Virus record (IMG/VR): IMGVR_UViG_3300031746_000022
Coordinates: 1-56,953 of that record
Source of the DNA: a virus
Taxonomy: Duplodnaviria > Caudoviricetes
Reading direction: 5' to 3' (one strand)
DNA: 56,953 bases
The notes beneath the pieces are model-generated. The model worked only from the letters and a program-made list of their open reading frames with translations. It was not told the origin of the DNA and did not search any database. The stretch's first letter is position 1, and each line of letters begins with the position of its first letter. Positions 29,081 through 39,013 of the stretch are shown here, one piece after another. The position numbers were made by a program, and so were the translations under genes.

Positions 29081-29740
29081 TTATGAAACGGGTGGGTTCC
29101 AAGTAATAACGAGATGCTTGAATTGTAGAGTTCCACCAGCAACGCCAACTCTGGTTAGAGAGCGGGGCGTATTTACTAACGTATTGCCTGTTGAGAATTC
29201 AACTACGCGACCAACGCAAGGGGCTGAACCAACTTTTTGAGCAGTTAAGCAGAGTTTGCCGGCTGACGTGAAGAATAGTTGAGCTCCGACAGTTAATGTT
29301 ATTGAGGCAGCAAGTGTTGCATCAAGCGCATCAACCGTAACACCGTATAGCCCTGGGTTCATCCAGAGTGTTACTTTGCCAGAACCAGCCATTGAGCTGG
29401 GTCCAAGAGAAGTGCCACCAGAAACAACCTGACCAACTGATCCACCAACTACTGAACCAAAAAGAGTTCCGTAATTATCCGTACCATCATCGGTAAGGAA
29501 GAGTGGCAATTCGGTGCCACCTAATGTAGTTGTGACGATTGGGCGTAATTTCTGTGCGCCGCCGCCAAGATTGGCTTTGACATAACCGTCATTAACATCT
29601 GATGCTTTTTTATCAGAGCCGGTAATATCATAACCAACTAGGGTTGCAACTTCGCCACCAAGCATCGTTGTGAGTAACGCATCATAACCGTCGAACTGTC
29701 CAAAAGGTTGTCCGGTATTTCCTAAAAGTACTAAAGCCAT
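29081..29740 (-). CDS. Putative capsid decoration/cement protein
   Basis: 219 aa Gly-rich; GSGKVTLW..PGLY.V...G..LFFTSAGKL pattern; own terminator like the MCP gene. Confidence 0.6.
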   Translation of the reverse strand: MALVLLGNTGQPFGQFDGYDALLTTMLGGEVATLVGYDITGSDKKASDVNDGYVKANLGGGAQKLRPIVTTTLGGTELPLFLTDDGTDNYGTLFGSVVGGSVGQVVSGGTSLGPSSMAGSGKVTLWMNPGLYGVTVDALDATLAASITLTVGAQLFFTSAGKLCLTAQKVGSAPCVGRVVEFSTGNTLVNTPRSLTRVGVAGGTLQFKHLVITWNPPVS

Positions 29741-29813
29741 TTTATTATCCTAAATTATTTTCTTGCATCTGGGTCTTACTAAAGTCTAATTACATATTAT
29801 ATTATTAGTTAAT

Positions 29814-31121
29814 TTATTTAAAATTCAATAAGTGTTTGAAAAAACCCTCTTCTTTATCAGAATCAAAGGGAGACTTGTCAGACTTGTCAGACTTGTCAGA
29901 CTTATCAGACTTATCAGACTTATCAGACTTATCAGACTTATCAGACTTATTTGCGGGACCTTCTGCCACAGCTTCTTCTGTATGCTTTTTAGTAGATAAT
30001 TGTAATTTTACGATAGCATCTTCTAATGAGGTTAATGCTTTGCTTACATCTTCAACATTATTATCCATAAACCAATAAAGAGGAGTTAATATTTTAGCCG
30101 GATCTGCTTTTGCAAACGCTCCACTTTTAGCACGACGATCAAATTCTTGATGGAATTTTTTAATTGTATCTGTATCTTTTAAGAATTTCTTTGCAATATC
30201 GCCAGCTTGATGTAATTCTGAATCTTCCGTTGCCCGAGCAGCACCTTGAATGGCGTGTTGATTTATACTGTTCAAGATCTCTTGATATTGTCGCGAAGAG
30301 GCGATTAAATCTTGCAAAGCTTTTTCAATTTCATCAAAAAAACTCTTTTGCTCTGTAATAGAATGTAAGTCTTGTAATTGCGTCGAAACTATATGCGCAT
30401 TATCTTCGACATTTTTAACTTGTGGAGCTGTTTTAGTAAAAGCAGCCACCAAACCTCCAACAAGGGCTCCGGCAGGAATAAAGCCAATTTCTCCGGGACC
30501 GCTCCAAGCTCCCAATAATGCGGCAGTAGCCGCTCCAGCAGCGGCTCCCCCAAGCACACCTTCACTAATTGCTCCGGTATCTCTGGCTTTTTCTTTAAGC
30601 CATTGTGTAATCTCATCTATAGAGCCGGGAAAAGCTTGCTTTACACGGGTTTGCTGTTTAAAGGCAGATAGGTCAATGAGACAGCTATCTGCAAGTTTGA
30701 ACAATTCATCTTTGTTCTTATTATCCATCTCATTAGCAATTCTTACCAACTCTAATACCAACTCTTGCTCTGCATATTTGGGATTCGTATGATTTCCAAC
30801 ATTTTGTTTCAAAACAAGATTGTGCATAATATTAGCACGCTCTATATTATTTTCAACAAGACCATTTATTTTATCATAAGATGGAGCAATGATTACGGAA
30901 TTAGGGTGAGCTTGTTCCATAATATTAAATTTATAATCTTGCCCATCAGGCTTGACGCCATATAGCGCTTCAATAGTAGAAATACTGTCACTACCTGCGC
31001 GAGCTTCGGCATCATCTTTGTATTTTTTTATTTCAGCGCTGTCTTCAGCTAATTTGGTTAGCCCACTTTTATCAGCAATTTTACTGAAATTTTCCAACAT
31101 TTCTGATTTAAAACGTGCCAT
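29814..31121 (-). CDS. Putative internal/ejection protein with glycine zipper and KSD repeat
   Basis: GVLGGAAAGAATAALLG...GALVGGLVAAF; several KxA sites; AHP domain. Confidence 0.7.
   Translation of the reverse strand: MARFKSEMLENFSKIADKSGLTKLAEDSAEIKKYKDDAEARAGSDSISTIEALYGVKPDGQDYKFNIMEQAHPNSVIIAPSYDKINGLVENNIERANIMHNLVLKQNVGNHTNPKYAEQELVLELVRIANEMDNKNKDELFKLADSCLIDLSAFKQQTRVKQAFPGSIDEITQWLKEKARDTGAISEGVLGGAAAGAATAALLGAWSGPGEIGFIPAGALVGGLVAAFTKTAPQVKNVEDNAHIVSTQLQDLHSITEQKSFFDEIEKALQDLIASSRQYQEILNSINQHAIQGAARATEDSELHQAGDIAKKFLKDTDTIKKFHQEFDRRAKSGAFAKADPAKILTPLYWFMDNNVEDVSKALTSLEDAIVKLQLSTKKHTEEAVAEGPANKSDKSDKSDKSDKSDKSDKSDKSDKSPFDSDKEEGFFKHLLNFK
29872..29950. repeat. 9-bp tandem repeat GACTTRTCA, 8 copies plus a partial, encoding (KSD)n
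   Basis: 3x gacttgtca, 5x gacttatca, then gacttat. Confidence 0.95.
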
Positions 31122-31132
31122 TATAGTTTCCT

Positions 31133-32245
31133 TTATACATTGCGTGAGTCTGAAGTTTTTTTCATATGTGTAGCCACATCATAAGCGAAGCTTAATACAA
31201 TTTCATTTATAGAATGATATTTTGCTGGCACCGCTAATATGTCAATTTGTCCAGTATCTTTATTACGATCTGTAAATGCCCGTAAAGTCTGCGCAAAAGC
31301 GTCACTAGCATCAAATGCACTTTCATCGGTTAATTGAGGATAAAGATCTTGTGCCCATTTAATTAAATTTTTACGAATATCTGCAATATTCATATGTAAT
31401 AACCATATATGATCTTTATCATTAAAAGTGGTGGTAAAAAGTTCAGGACTTGCATTTGGGTTACGATATAATTTAATATTTAAATCTTCTGGCGGAGGAG
31501 CGGGTTTAGGAGTTGCAACAGATTTCGTATCACTGCCGCTATCACTGGGAGTCTCGCTATCTTCTGGTGTATCTTTTTTAATTCCTAAAATATGAGAAAC
31601 GCCTTTGCCAATAATTTTAAATCCGGCGGCAATAACAACTGCTGTAATTAACCAGCCTACTAATCTTACAATAAACCCTAACATACCCTTACGTATAGTA
31701 TTACCGCCAACAGAGCCTAACATTGTTTGTAGCATTTTAGTTACAGCCGGATCTTGCTTATATCTATCGGCTAACTTTTGTATAAATAACATATTATTTA
31801 AAGAACCATATGTTTCAACGGCGTCCTGTAACGCTTTGGGATCTCCTTGTCCCGAAAAAGCTTCCTCACCACTTTGTTGAACGATAGCTTGAACTTCAGA
31901 ACTATCTCTATGTTTACCTTCATGCATGTCGGTCAGCAATGGCTTAAGCTTTTCTTTAATCGATTCAAAAAAATGTTCCCAATTAAATCCAAGCGCTTCT
32001 GCTAAAGCAAAAGCTGCGGAGATTTTTTTAAATCCCAATATCCACAATAATCCCGGACCAATAAATGCCAATATACTTTCAACAGGATGTTCTTTACTTT
32101 TGGCTAATAATTGTGAAACTTCGCTTTGCACTTTCCCAAATGCTCCTCCCGTATTATCTTGCGCTAACTTATAGAATGGATCTCCGCCAAGGAAGCGTTC
32201 CATTATTAAAGTGCTTTGGAGAAATTTGAGATCTGCTTTATTCAT
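31133..32245 (-). CDS. Putative membrane-inserting ejection protein
   Basis: Hydrophobic segments ILAFIGPGLLWILGF and MLGFIVRLVGWLITAVVIAAGF; FYKLAQ site. Confidence 0.7.
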   Translation of the reverse strand: MNKADLKFLQSTLIMERFLGGDPFYKLAQDNTGGAFGKVQSEVSQLLAKSKEHPVESILAFIGPGLLWILGFKKISAAFALAEALGFNWEHFFESIKEKLKPLLTDMHEGKHRDSSEVQAIVQQSGEEAFSGQGDPKALQDAVETYGSLNNMLFIQKLADRYKQDPAVTKMLQTMLGSVGGNTIRKGMLGFIVRLVGWLITAVVIAAGFKIIGKGVSHILGIKKDTPEDSETPSDSGSDTKSVATPKPAPPPEDLNIKLYRNPNASPELFTTTFNDKDHIWLLHMNIADIRKNLIKWAQDLYPQLTDESAFDASDAFAQTLRAFTDRNKDTGQIDILAVPAKYHSINEIVLSFAYDVATHMKKTSDSRNV

Positions 32246-32247
32246 AA

Positions 32248-33546
32248 TTATTTAATTCGTTCTAATTCGTCTGAACGCTCGCGAGCTTTGGCGCTTTGAC
32301 TAGATACAAAATCTTTACCTAATAAATTCATTAATTGAGGAGATTGTGCAATAGTTACTAGGGACGCCTGTATTACATCAACCATTTGACGCAATCTGGC
32401 TGCAGCCTGTATGGCGTGCCCGCGAGGTGCGCTACCACGCGGTAGTGACGGATCTTGTGCGCCGCCCGGAAAATTAGCCTCCAAACTATTCCAGGGTCTG
32501 GCGGCATTATAAGTAACAACATCACGAAATATTCGAACATTTGGATGCTCTGTGGCTACGTCATTAATAAAACTTTGCCAAGCATTAAAATTACCACTTA
32601 TAGCGTCTTTAAATTGAGCAAATTGCTGAAGTAAAAATGTAGAATCATCAGCAAAACGCTGTAATGATGCGGTAGAGGGCTTTAGCCAAGGATCTGTAAG
32701 TTGTGGTTCGGGCAAAGTTGAGCGGGAGGCGGACCCGGCAGATAATATATTATACATATTTAAAATAAAATCATGCATATGAAGAGGACTAATAGATAAG
32801 CTGCTTGGATCGAGCGGAGGATTTGCTTTAATACCCTGTAAGCTAGCCTGTAAGGAAGCGTCAGATTTAGCTTTATCAGCTTTTGCTTTATCGGCTTTAT
32901 CGGTCGCACCTCCTACTGCCGGCGAAGTTGTTTTATTCGATATTAAGCCTGCAGATTCTACAGCTGATTGGTATCGTTTTACGGCTTTAGCCGCAGCATC
33001 GACCGCATCATCGTATCCGGCGCCGCCGGATTGTTCGACTGGACTAATATGTACGGCAGGTAATTTAGAATTAATTTCTGCTATAAGACGATCGACGGTT
33101 TTTACAGTAAGTAGTTTGCCAGACTGTGCAGCAAAATTTTTCACATATTCCATAATGTGAAGTAACCCATCTTTATAAATATGATATTCGCCATATTGAA
33201 GATATTCTTTAGATGCGCCGAGGCTTGGCTGTTTAGTAATAACAGGTATTCTATTAACTTTTGTAACATTTTGCACTAAATATGCAACAAAACTATCCAT
33301 ATCAACTAAATCTTGTAAAAATAATTGTCCTGTAAAAATTTGACCATCTTCGCCTTCTGGTAGGCTTGCATCTGGCACAGTTGTAATAAGTTGCTCGTGT
33401 AATCGATCTGTTAATTTATTAACTAAATTATTAATTTGCGCAAGAACAAGGGAATCATATTGCGCAAATTTAACTAAATCTTTATCTAAAATTTTAGAAC
33501 CTAAAATTAAATTAAGAAGAGTATAATCTTCGTGTAAAAAAGTCAT
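32248..33546 (-). CDS. Putative internal head/ejection protein
   Basis: 432 aa helical; LVKFAQ site near N-terminus. Confidence 0.7.
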   Translation of the reverse strand: MTFLHEDYTLLNLILGSKILDKDLVKFAQYDSLVLAQINNLVNKLTDRLHEQLITTVPDASLPEGEDGQIFTGQLFLQDLVDMDSFVAYLVQNVTKVNRIPVITKQPSLGASKEYLQYGEYHIYKDGLLHIMEYVKNFAAQSGKLLTVKTVDRLIAEINSKLPAVHISPVEQSGGAGYDDAVDAAAKAVKRYQSAVESAGLISNKTTSPAVGGATDKADKAKADKAKSDASLQASLQGIKANPPLDPSSLSISPLHMHDFILNMYNILSAGSASRSTLPEPQLTDPWLKPSTASLQRFADDSTFLLQQFAQFKDAISGNFNAWQSFINDVATEHPNVRIFRDVVTYNAARPWNSLEANFPGGAQDPSLPRGSAPRGHAIQAAARLRQMVDVIQASLVTIAQSPQLMNLLGKDFVSSQSAKARERSDELERIK

Positions 33547-33547
33547 C

Positions 33548-34579
33548 TTATATGCTCTCTGGTTGAGGTGATACGGGAACTGGCGTAACAGCTGTATTTG
33601 CGGTAGCTTTTATTTTATTAATAGCTTCTTTAACTTTTGCCACATCAGTAATATCAATACCCGCTGCTTTTAATTTTTCATTTAATTTATTTGGATGTTC
33701 TAAATCGCCAAGCGTAATATCTACTTTATTAAGCGTTGATATAACTTCTTTATTATAAGTTTGAAGAAATTTTTTCTCTTGCTCATTTAATGTTTTAATA
33801 GAGCGAAAATCTATCATTGATTCATTTTGATTAAGTAAATCTTTATTTTTATCTAAAAATTCTGTTTTAAATTCATTTACTAGCTCTGCCATTTTCTTTA
33901 ACTGTAAAGTAATTTTTGTAGCTAAATCTATTTTTTGATTAATATGTAATTTTGCGTGTTCGGCGGGAATTAACTCGCCAAATTGTTTTAATTCGGTTTC
34001 ATATTTAGTGGTGGGAGTGCCCATATCAGATTGTATTTTAGTTACAGCGATAGCCGTATCATATATATTACGCAATCCTTGATTAGTTTTATCGCCCCAT
34101 ATACCGTCAGGTGTTGATGGTTTATTGGCTGATCCAATATTTGTAATTTCGTTTATAATATTTTCATAAGATTTCTTTTTATCTTTTTGTGAGGAGGAGA
34201 GGTTATTAAAAAATAATTTTTCAAAAAACTTTTTATCTGTTTTTCTCCCAATACCTTCATTAATACTTTGAGGACGATTCATAGTATCGTCTAAAATATG
34301 CACAAGAATATTTGCAAAATTAATCATTTCTTGTTGCATTGTTTTAATGGGAACAGTGCCTTGCTGAAAGAGTGCTCCGGCGGCTGGGGCATCTGGTAAT
34401 GATGATGGTGTAATCGGGGACGCAATGCCAACTGGCGCAGGCGAGGGCGATGCTGGTTTTGCTGATACCGGAGCAGGCGCGGCTGGCGCAGCCGGCGCGG
34501 GTATATCTGCTTTTGGCATCGGTATATCCGCTTCTGGCATCGGTATTTCAGCCGTAGGCTTTTGTGCGCGCTTTAACAT
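33548..34579 (-). CDS. Putative internal protein with peptidoglycan-binding-like motif
   Basis: MLKRAQ start, Pro/Ala linker, PDGIWGDKTNQGL (DG.wG..T..aL type). Confidence 0.65.
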   Translation of the reverse strand: MLKRAQKPTAEIPMPEADIPMPKADIPAPAAPAAPAPVSAKPASPSPAPVGIASPITPSSLPDAPAAGALFQQGTVPIKTMQQEMINFANILVHILDDTMNRPQSINEGIGRKTDKKFFEKLFFNNLSSSQKDKKKSYENIINEITNIGSANKPSTPDGIWGDKTNQGLRNIYDTAIAVTKIQSDMGTPTTKYETELKQFGELIPAEHAKLHINQKIDLATKITLQLKKMAELVNEFKTEFLDKNKDLLNQNESMIDFRSIKTLNEQEKKFLQTYNKEVISTLNKVDITLGDLEHPNKLNEKLKAAGIDITDVAKVKEAINKIKATANTAVTPVPVSPQPESI

Positions 34580-36231
34580 TACTTCAATCCCATTCGAGTT
34601 TTGACAACTTCATTTTCTGCTAATAATGCTTTAATTTTTTCTGGATTATTTGCATTATCTTTAAATTTCTTAATTTGCTGTTGAATCCACGGTTCCCATT
34701 TTTGTTTTTGTGGTTCGGATGCCATAGCGAGAAAGCCATTTAATTGCGCGATGCCAGCATCAGCTGTTTGAGATGTGGCACCTTCCGTACCTCCATTAAA
34801 TAATGGTTTTAATAAAGTATTAGTTTGTGTGGGACCGACGGCGCCGGCTGTTTGAGAATCTGTTTCTGCTTGTCCAAGTAAAAGAAGTGCGTCGGCTAAT
34901 ACAGAATATAATGCAGTGGCTGCACCTTTTACTTTGTTGGCATTACTCATAATAAAAACATTATAAACTGCATTATATGCTTTAGATGATGCGCTCTGTT
35001 GTGCTTTAAATAAAGCTTGATCTTTTTCAATTTCAGCTTTTAATTCAACAATATGAGATTGTAAAGCAGTATAGAAATCTTTATATTGTGTAATTTGTGG
35101 TAATTTATTTTTAGTATTAAGTTCTAAATCTTTAACTAATTGACTACTACTAATAGCTATATTTAAATTAGGCAGAGTTGTATTTTGCAACATTTGTTTT
35201 AATGCTGTAAATCTTTGTATATCTTTATCTTTAAGAAATTCTGCTACAGCATCTCTCATTATTTCAGCACTATCTGCAACATCACCAAATACTGATTTAA
35301 GTGATTGCCATATTTTATAAATAGCTTCTGCGCCGGCGCCAATAGGACCAGCAACCCAACCTATTTGTGCATTTTTTAATATTTCTGCACAATTTAATAT
35401 TTCTGCACAATCACCAACATAAGTTAAAAGCTTGCTTGCAAATTTATTTGGATTTTTATCTGTGACACGTGATAAAACATTACTAATTAATTGATCAATA
35501 TCAGCTATAGAATTTACTTGTCCGGCGTGTTGATTAATAACAACACTTGGATCATTTTGTAATCTATTTTTAACTAACTGTACAACTTCTCTTTCCGGCA
35601 ATGATGCTGGTGAATTTAATTCAGTAGCGATTAAAGTAGCAGCTTGATGCCATAATGAAGCGGCAGCATAAAAGCGTCTTTGTTCTGGTTTCAACGAATC
35701 ACCTTCTGGTACATTCGTTAAAGCGTTAGTTTGTATATAGTCAGCCATATACTTAAATTTTTTGCCTATTTCAGCAATAACTACGTCAGCTTTTTTAATT
35801 AGTTTAGAAGCTGATCGTGAAGCTAATTTACCTTTGGGTTCTTTAGTTATTACATCAACCATTTTTTTATGACGAGAGAGTACGGTTTCTACAGTACCCA
35901 AACTATCTTCCGCATCACAGATAGCGTTATCTCCATCGGGATGAGCGGCATTTACTAAATCTTCGCCATCTTCATCTATAACTCGATAGAGATGTGTAGC
36001 GGCAGATTTATAGGTAAGAAATTTTGATTCTAACCCATCGGCTTGTTTGGCAAATCCCTCTTGTCTTAATTTGGCACAAAGAGAAAGAATTTTTTCATTA
36101 ACTCCCATTTCTTGGCTCACATTGGAGGCAAGTAAGGATTTAATATTAATTTTAGAGGGTGGCGCTGGCGTGGCGTTTGCCAAATCAGCCATTACTTCTA
36201 AATGCCGAATATCTTTAAGTGTAAAGGTCAT
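34579..36231 (-). CDS. Putative internal head/ejection protein
   Basis: 550 aa; AHP domain similar to 29814..31121; multiple KxA sites; GGAG RBS. Confidence 0.7.
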   Translation of the reverse strand: MTFTLKDIRHLEVMADLANATPAPPSKINIKSLLASNVSQEMGVNEKILSLCAKLRQEGFAKQADGLESKFLTYKSAATHLYRVIDEDGEDLVNAAHPDGDNAICDAEDSLGTVETVLSRHKKMVDVITKEPKGKLASRSASKLIKKADVVIAEIGKKFKYMADYIQTNALTNVPEGDSLKPEQRRFYAAASLWHQAATLIATELNSPASLPEREVVQLVKNRLQNDPSVVINQHAGQVNSIADIDQLISNVLSRVTDKNPNKFASKLLTYVGDCAEILNCAEILKNAQIGWVAGPIGAGAEAIYKIWQSLKSVFGDVADSAEIMRDAVAEFLKDKDIQRFTALKQMLQNTTLPNLNIAISSSQLVKDLELNTKNKLPQITQYKDFYTALQSHIVELKAEIEKDQALFKAQQSASSKAYNAVYNVFIMSNANKVKGAATALYSVLADALLLLGQAETDSQTAGAVGPTQTNTLLKPLFNGGTEGATSQTADAGIAQLNGFLAMASEPQKQKWEPWIQQQIKKFKDNANNPEKIKALLAENEVVKTRMGLK

Positions 36232-36260
36232 TAATTAACTCCGGAGACAGACTTCGAAGG

Positions 36261-36274
36261 AATGCAAAAATAAT
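36261..36274 (-). promoter_or_regulatory. Candidate late promoter motif A
   Basis: ATTATTTTTGCATT upstream of 36231. Confidence 0.5.
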
Positions 36275-36288
36275 GCTAAATGATGGGA

Positions 36289-36777
36289 TTATAGTTTATT
36301 TTCTTTACGAACTCGTAAGATTACTTTATCGGTTACATCGAACTCTCGTGCTATTTTAGCAATTGGTTTTTTATCATTCAATATAGAATAAATTTCTTCT
36401 TTTGTGAATTCGTGTCTATTATGAGCTTTTTTTCCAATGTTAGCAATTCCACATTTTTTTCTTACATCTTCTGGCATAGGATTACTTTCACTATATTTAA
36501 ATGCTGGTTTGGTTTCTAAAGTTCCGTTTCTTTTAATACGTGATCCGTGTTTAGCACAATATCTAATATCATTTACAATAAGATAATCTCTATAAATTCC
36601 AATTATTTTACATCCGGGAGCGTTACATTTAAGTTCGCCAGATTGTAGCTTTTCGGCGATTTTAGCATCGTTGGTTAATTTAAGAGATGCTTTACGTTTT
36701 TCGACAACTTCTGCGGGATGTTTTTGACCTATATGAGATAGGGACATTTGTAGGCCATACACTACTATATCACTCAA
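36289..36777 (-). pseudogene. Homing endonuclease DNA-binding half (NUMOD3-like repeats plus HTH) with no nuclease domain
   Basis: MSLSHIGQKH..E..EKR and M.EDVRKKC..ANIGK; C-terminal IAKIAREFDVT..VI..VR. Confidence 0.6.
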
Positions 36778-36789
36778 AATATTGTATAG

Positions 36790-37482
36790 TCACAAATAAA
36801 GGAACTCCAACCACGAAAAAAGCGGGGTCGGAGGACTTGTAACCAATCCAACTGAAGGGTGATTCGGCGTAGGTTGCGTCGTTGTCAACATTCCTTTTTC
36901 ATTCACAAACAAATTTGCATTTAGTGGATATGAGGCGGCAGTATCAAATACATCTGTTTGATAGATGCCACGCTGAAACCATACAGTAACTCTATGCGAT
37001 CCTTGCGTAGAATCATCGCCTATAATATTTGGAATTTGATATGTATATCTAACGTTAGTCTTAATGGAGTTAAAAGTGCCGGTGCCGCCGTCGTCAAGAT
37101 TTAATGTGGTGCCAACTGGGAAAATAACTACACCATTTCGGGGAATTAATTGAACGCTAACCGGAATAGAGACAAAGCTATCCGGAGAGATGTTAGGATT
37201 GCGTAATTCTGCTTTAATTTCAACATCTGTAATTAATGTGCCACCGGGTCCAGGAACGCCTACGGCGGGCACAACAACCAATTCATCCCAAGATACGGAG
37301 GTAAAAGCCTTGGTTTTGATATCATCTATAATACCAATAGGAGCCGTTCCATTAGAAACGGTAGCTACAACTGCATTGCCTGATGCTGTTAATTGAGCCA
37401 CGTTCCCAGGCGTAAACGTTGCACTAATATCAACTGGCCAACTATATGGAAGACTATTGCCAACACTAATTAAACGAAGCAT
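36790..37482 (-). CDS. Second putative capsid decoration/cement protein
   Basis: F.PG.VAQL...GTAPIGIIDD...GS.RVTVW...G.YQTD.FD...Y..N..L.V...G.LT; resembles 29081..29740. Confidence 0.6.
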   Translation of the reverse strand: MLRLISVGNSLPYSWPVDISATFTPGNVAQLTASGNAVVATVSNGTAPIGIIDDIKTKAFTSVSWDELVVVPAVGVPGPGGTLITDVEIKAELRNPNISPDSFVSIPVSVQLIPRNGVVIFPVGTTLNLDDGGTGTFNSIKTNVRYTYQIPNIIGDDSTQGSHRVTVWFQRGIYQTDVFDTAASYPLNANLFVNEKGMLTTTQPTPNHPSVGLVTSPPTPLFSWLEFLYL

Positions 37483-37518
37483 ATAATTCCTTACTTTACA
37501 ATACCACTATACTACTTA

Positions 37519-37528
37519 TTATATATCA
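37519..37528 (-). promoter_or_regulatory. Candidate promoter motif B
   Basis: TGATATATAA upstream of 37482; also at 8522-8531 and, as TGATATATAT, 50394-50403. Confidence 0.45.
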
Positions 37529-37531
37529 CAT

Positions 37532-37720
37532 ATGAGTGTAAAATTTTCACAAAAACAAGAACAAATTGTAATAACTATCTATCATTCTTGTCAAAATTTG
37601 AATGAAACTGCGCGAAAATGTGGTTTTCTTTCTAATGTATCAGTTAAAAATATTTTAAAAAGAAATAAAATCGATGCAGTTTCTTTGGTCCTTAAACAAT
37701 TTATAAATGAAAAATATTGA
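37532..37720 (+). pseudogene. HTH-only ORF, probable N-terminal remnant of a homing endonuclease
   Basis: IYHSCQNLNETARKCGF.S..SVKNILKRNKI; isolated on the opposite strand. Confidence 0.45.
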
Positions 37721-37722
37721 AT

Positions 37723-38751
37723 TTATTCAGTATCCCAGCCGCGCGGGCCGGATGGGCGGGGAGCCAAAGGTAACCCCATAGATTTGCGTCGATCTTGTCT
37801 TAATTGATGCGTTAGCGCGCCGCCAAGATCGTCGAGTTCAGCATCTTCATCATCCAACATACGACGATATTCTTCATTTTGTTTTTGTTGAATAGGATCG
37901 CGTCTTACATTGAATTGCATAGGTTCTTCGTGTAAATCTGGATATGCTGCATCTTCTAAATCAACTTTATTCAATTTAAAATCTGGATGATATGCTTCTT
38001 CTGAAAACGTATCTGGATCGTTTAAATCCTCATCTTCAAAATCCTCGTCTCCTGAACGAGTTTTAAAATCATCTAACATAGACAGTAATTCTGATTCATC
38101 TACCGGTTCGTCGGTGTCTTTAGCATCAGAATCATCATATATTTTTATTGACCCATCGCCTTTAAACCAATTTGGATAATGTTTTTTTTCCAACTCATCG
38201 TGAGATTCATATGGTCCGTGAGTATTCCATTTACCACTAAATGGTTCTGTAACGTGTAAACGTTTATCTAACTCTTCTTTAGAACCAGTAAATCTAGAGG
38301 TATGATTAGGATCATTTGGCTTATCTAGATGCCAGTGTTCTCTTTTTTTATCTTTAGAATATGAAATATCGCCACATAAGGCGCAGTTATCATCTATGAA
38401 GTTTGCATCATTTGCATCAGATTCGTCAAAAACCCAGCCTTTTTCTTTTAAATTTTTAACCATCTTCTCGCTGGAAGGGGCTTTTTTTGCTTTGGGGGCT
38501 GACTTGGCTTTTGGTTTATCTTTTTTCTTCTTTTTAGATTTTTTAGCAGCTAATGACTCTAATACTGCAGTGATTAGCTCGGCGTGAACGCCCAATCCAG
38601 ATTCATCAAAAATCTCCGCTGCAGCATTTAAATAATTTGCCGCCTTAACAAGCTGCTCTTCTTGTGCAGCCCGTTTATTTATAACGCCATCAACTAATTG
38701 ACGTTCCATAGAATTAGCAATTTCATCAACAAAAGATTTTTTAATAAACAT
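37723..38751 (-). CDS. Putative prohead core/internal protein
   Basis: Start moved to MFIKKS at 38751 (TAATG overlap); helical hairpin, Lys tract, acidic tail; similar to 39014..39685. Confidence 0.7.
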   Translation of the reverse strand: MFIKKSFVDEIANSMERQLVDGVINKRAAQEEQLVKAANYLNAAAEIFDESGLGVHAELITAVLESLAAKKSKKKKKDKPKAKSAPKAKKAPSSEKMVKNLKEKGWVFDESDANDANFIDDNCALCGDISYSKDKKREHWHLDKPNDPNHTSRFTGSKEELDKRLHVTEPFSGKWNTHGPYESHDELEKKHYPNWFKGDGSIKIYDDSDAKDTDEPVDESELLSMLDDFKTRSGDEDFEDEDLNDPDTFSEEAYHPDFKLNKVDLEDAAYPDLHEEPMQFNVRRDPIQQKQNEEYRRMLDDEDAELDDLGGALTHQLRQDRRKSMGLPLAPRPSGPRGWDTE

Positions 38752-38987
38752 TAAATTTCCTGAGCTCTTAAGCATTGTAGCAAAAATTTCAACTGTTTGT
38801 GCGTCCAGCCTGGATAATATTGTTTTTTTGTAACTTCATCTCTACCTTCAGATTCAAGTTCCAATTGTTCTAACATACAAGTTTCGAACATCCCTGTTTC
38901 GCCAGTAAGCTCTTCTGCTCGCTTAAATGATTTTTTCTCCCTTAAAAAAGCTTCAAATATTTCATTAAAATTTGCTGGCAATTTCAT
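38751..38987 (-). CDS. Small hypothetical protein
   Basis: 78 aa, coupled to the downstream gene. Confidence 0.55.
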   Translation of the reverse strand: MKLPANFNEIFEAFLREKKSFKRAEELTGETGMFETCMLEQLELESEGRDEVTKKQYYPGWTHKQLKFLLQCLRAQEI

Positions 38988-39013
38988 TTTGGTGGCATCA
39001 CCAGCAGCATTAC

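Noticed and set aside
29872-29950. Repeat as a CRISPR array
   Set aside because: No spacers; in-frame coding minisatellite.
35377-35418. 18-bp tandem duplication (CAEILN CAEILK)
   Set aside because: Single in-frame slippage with no evident function.
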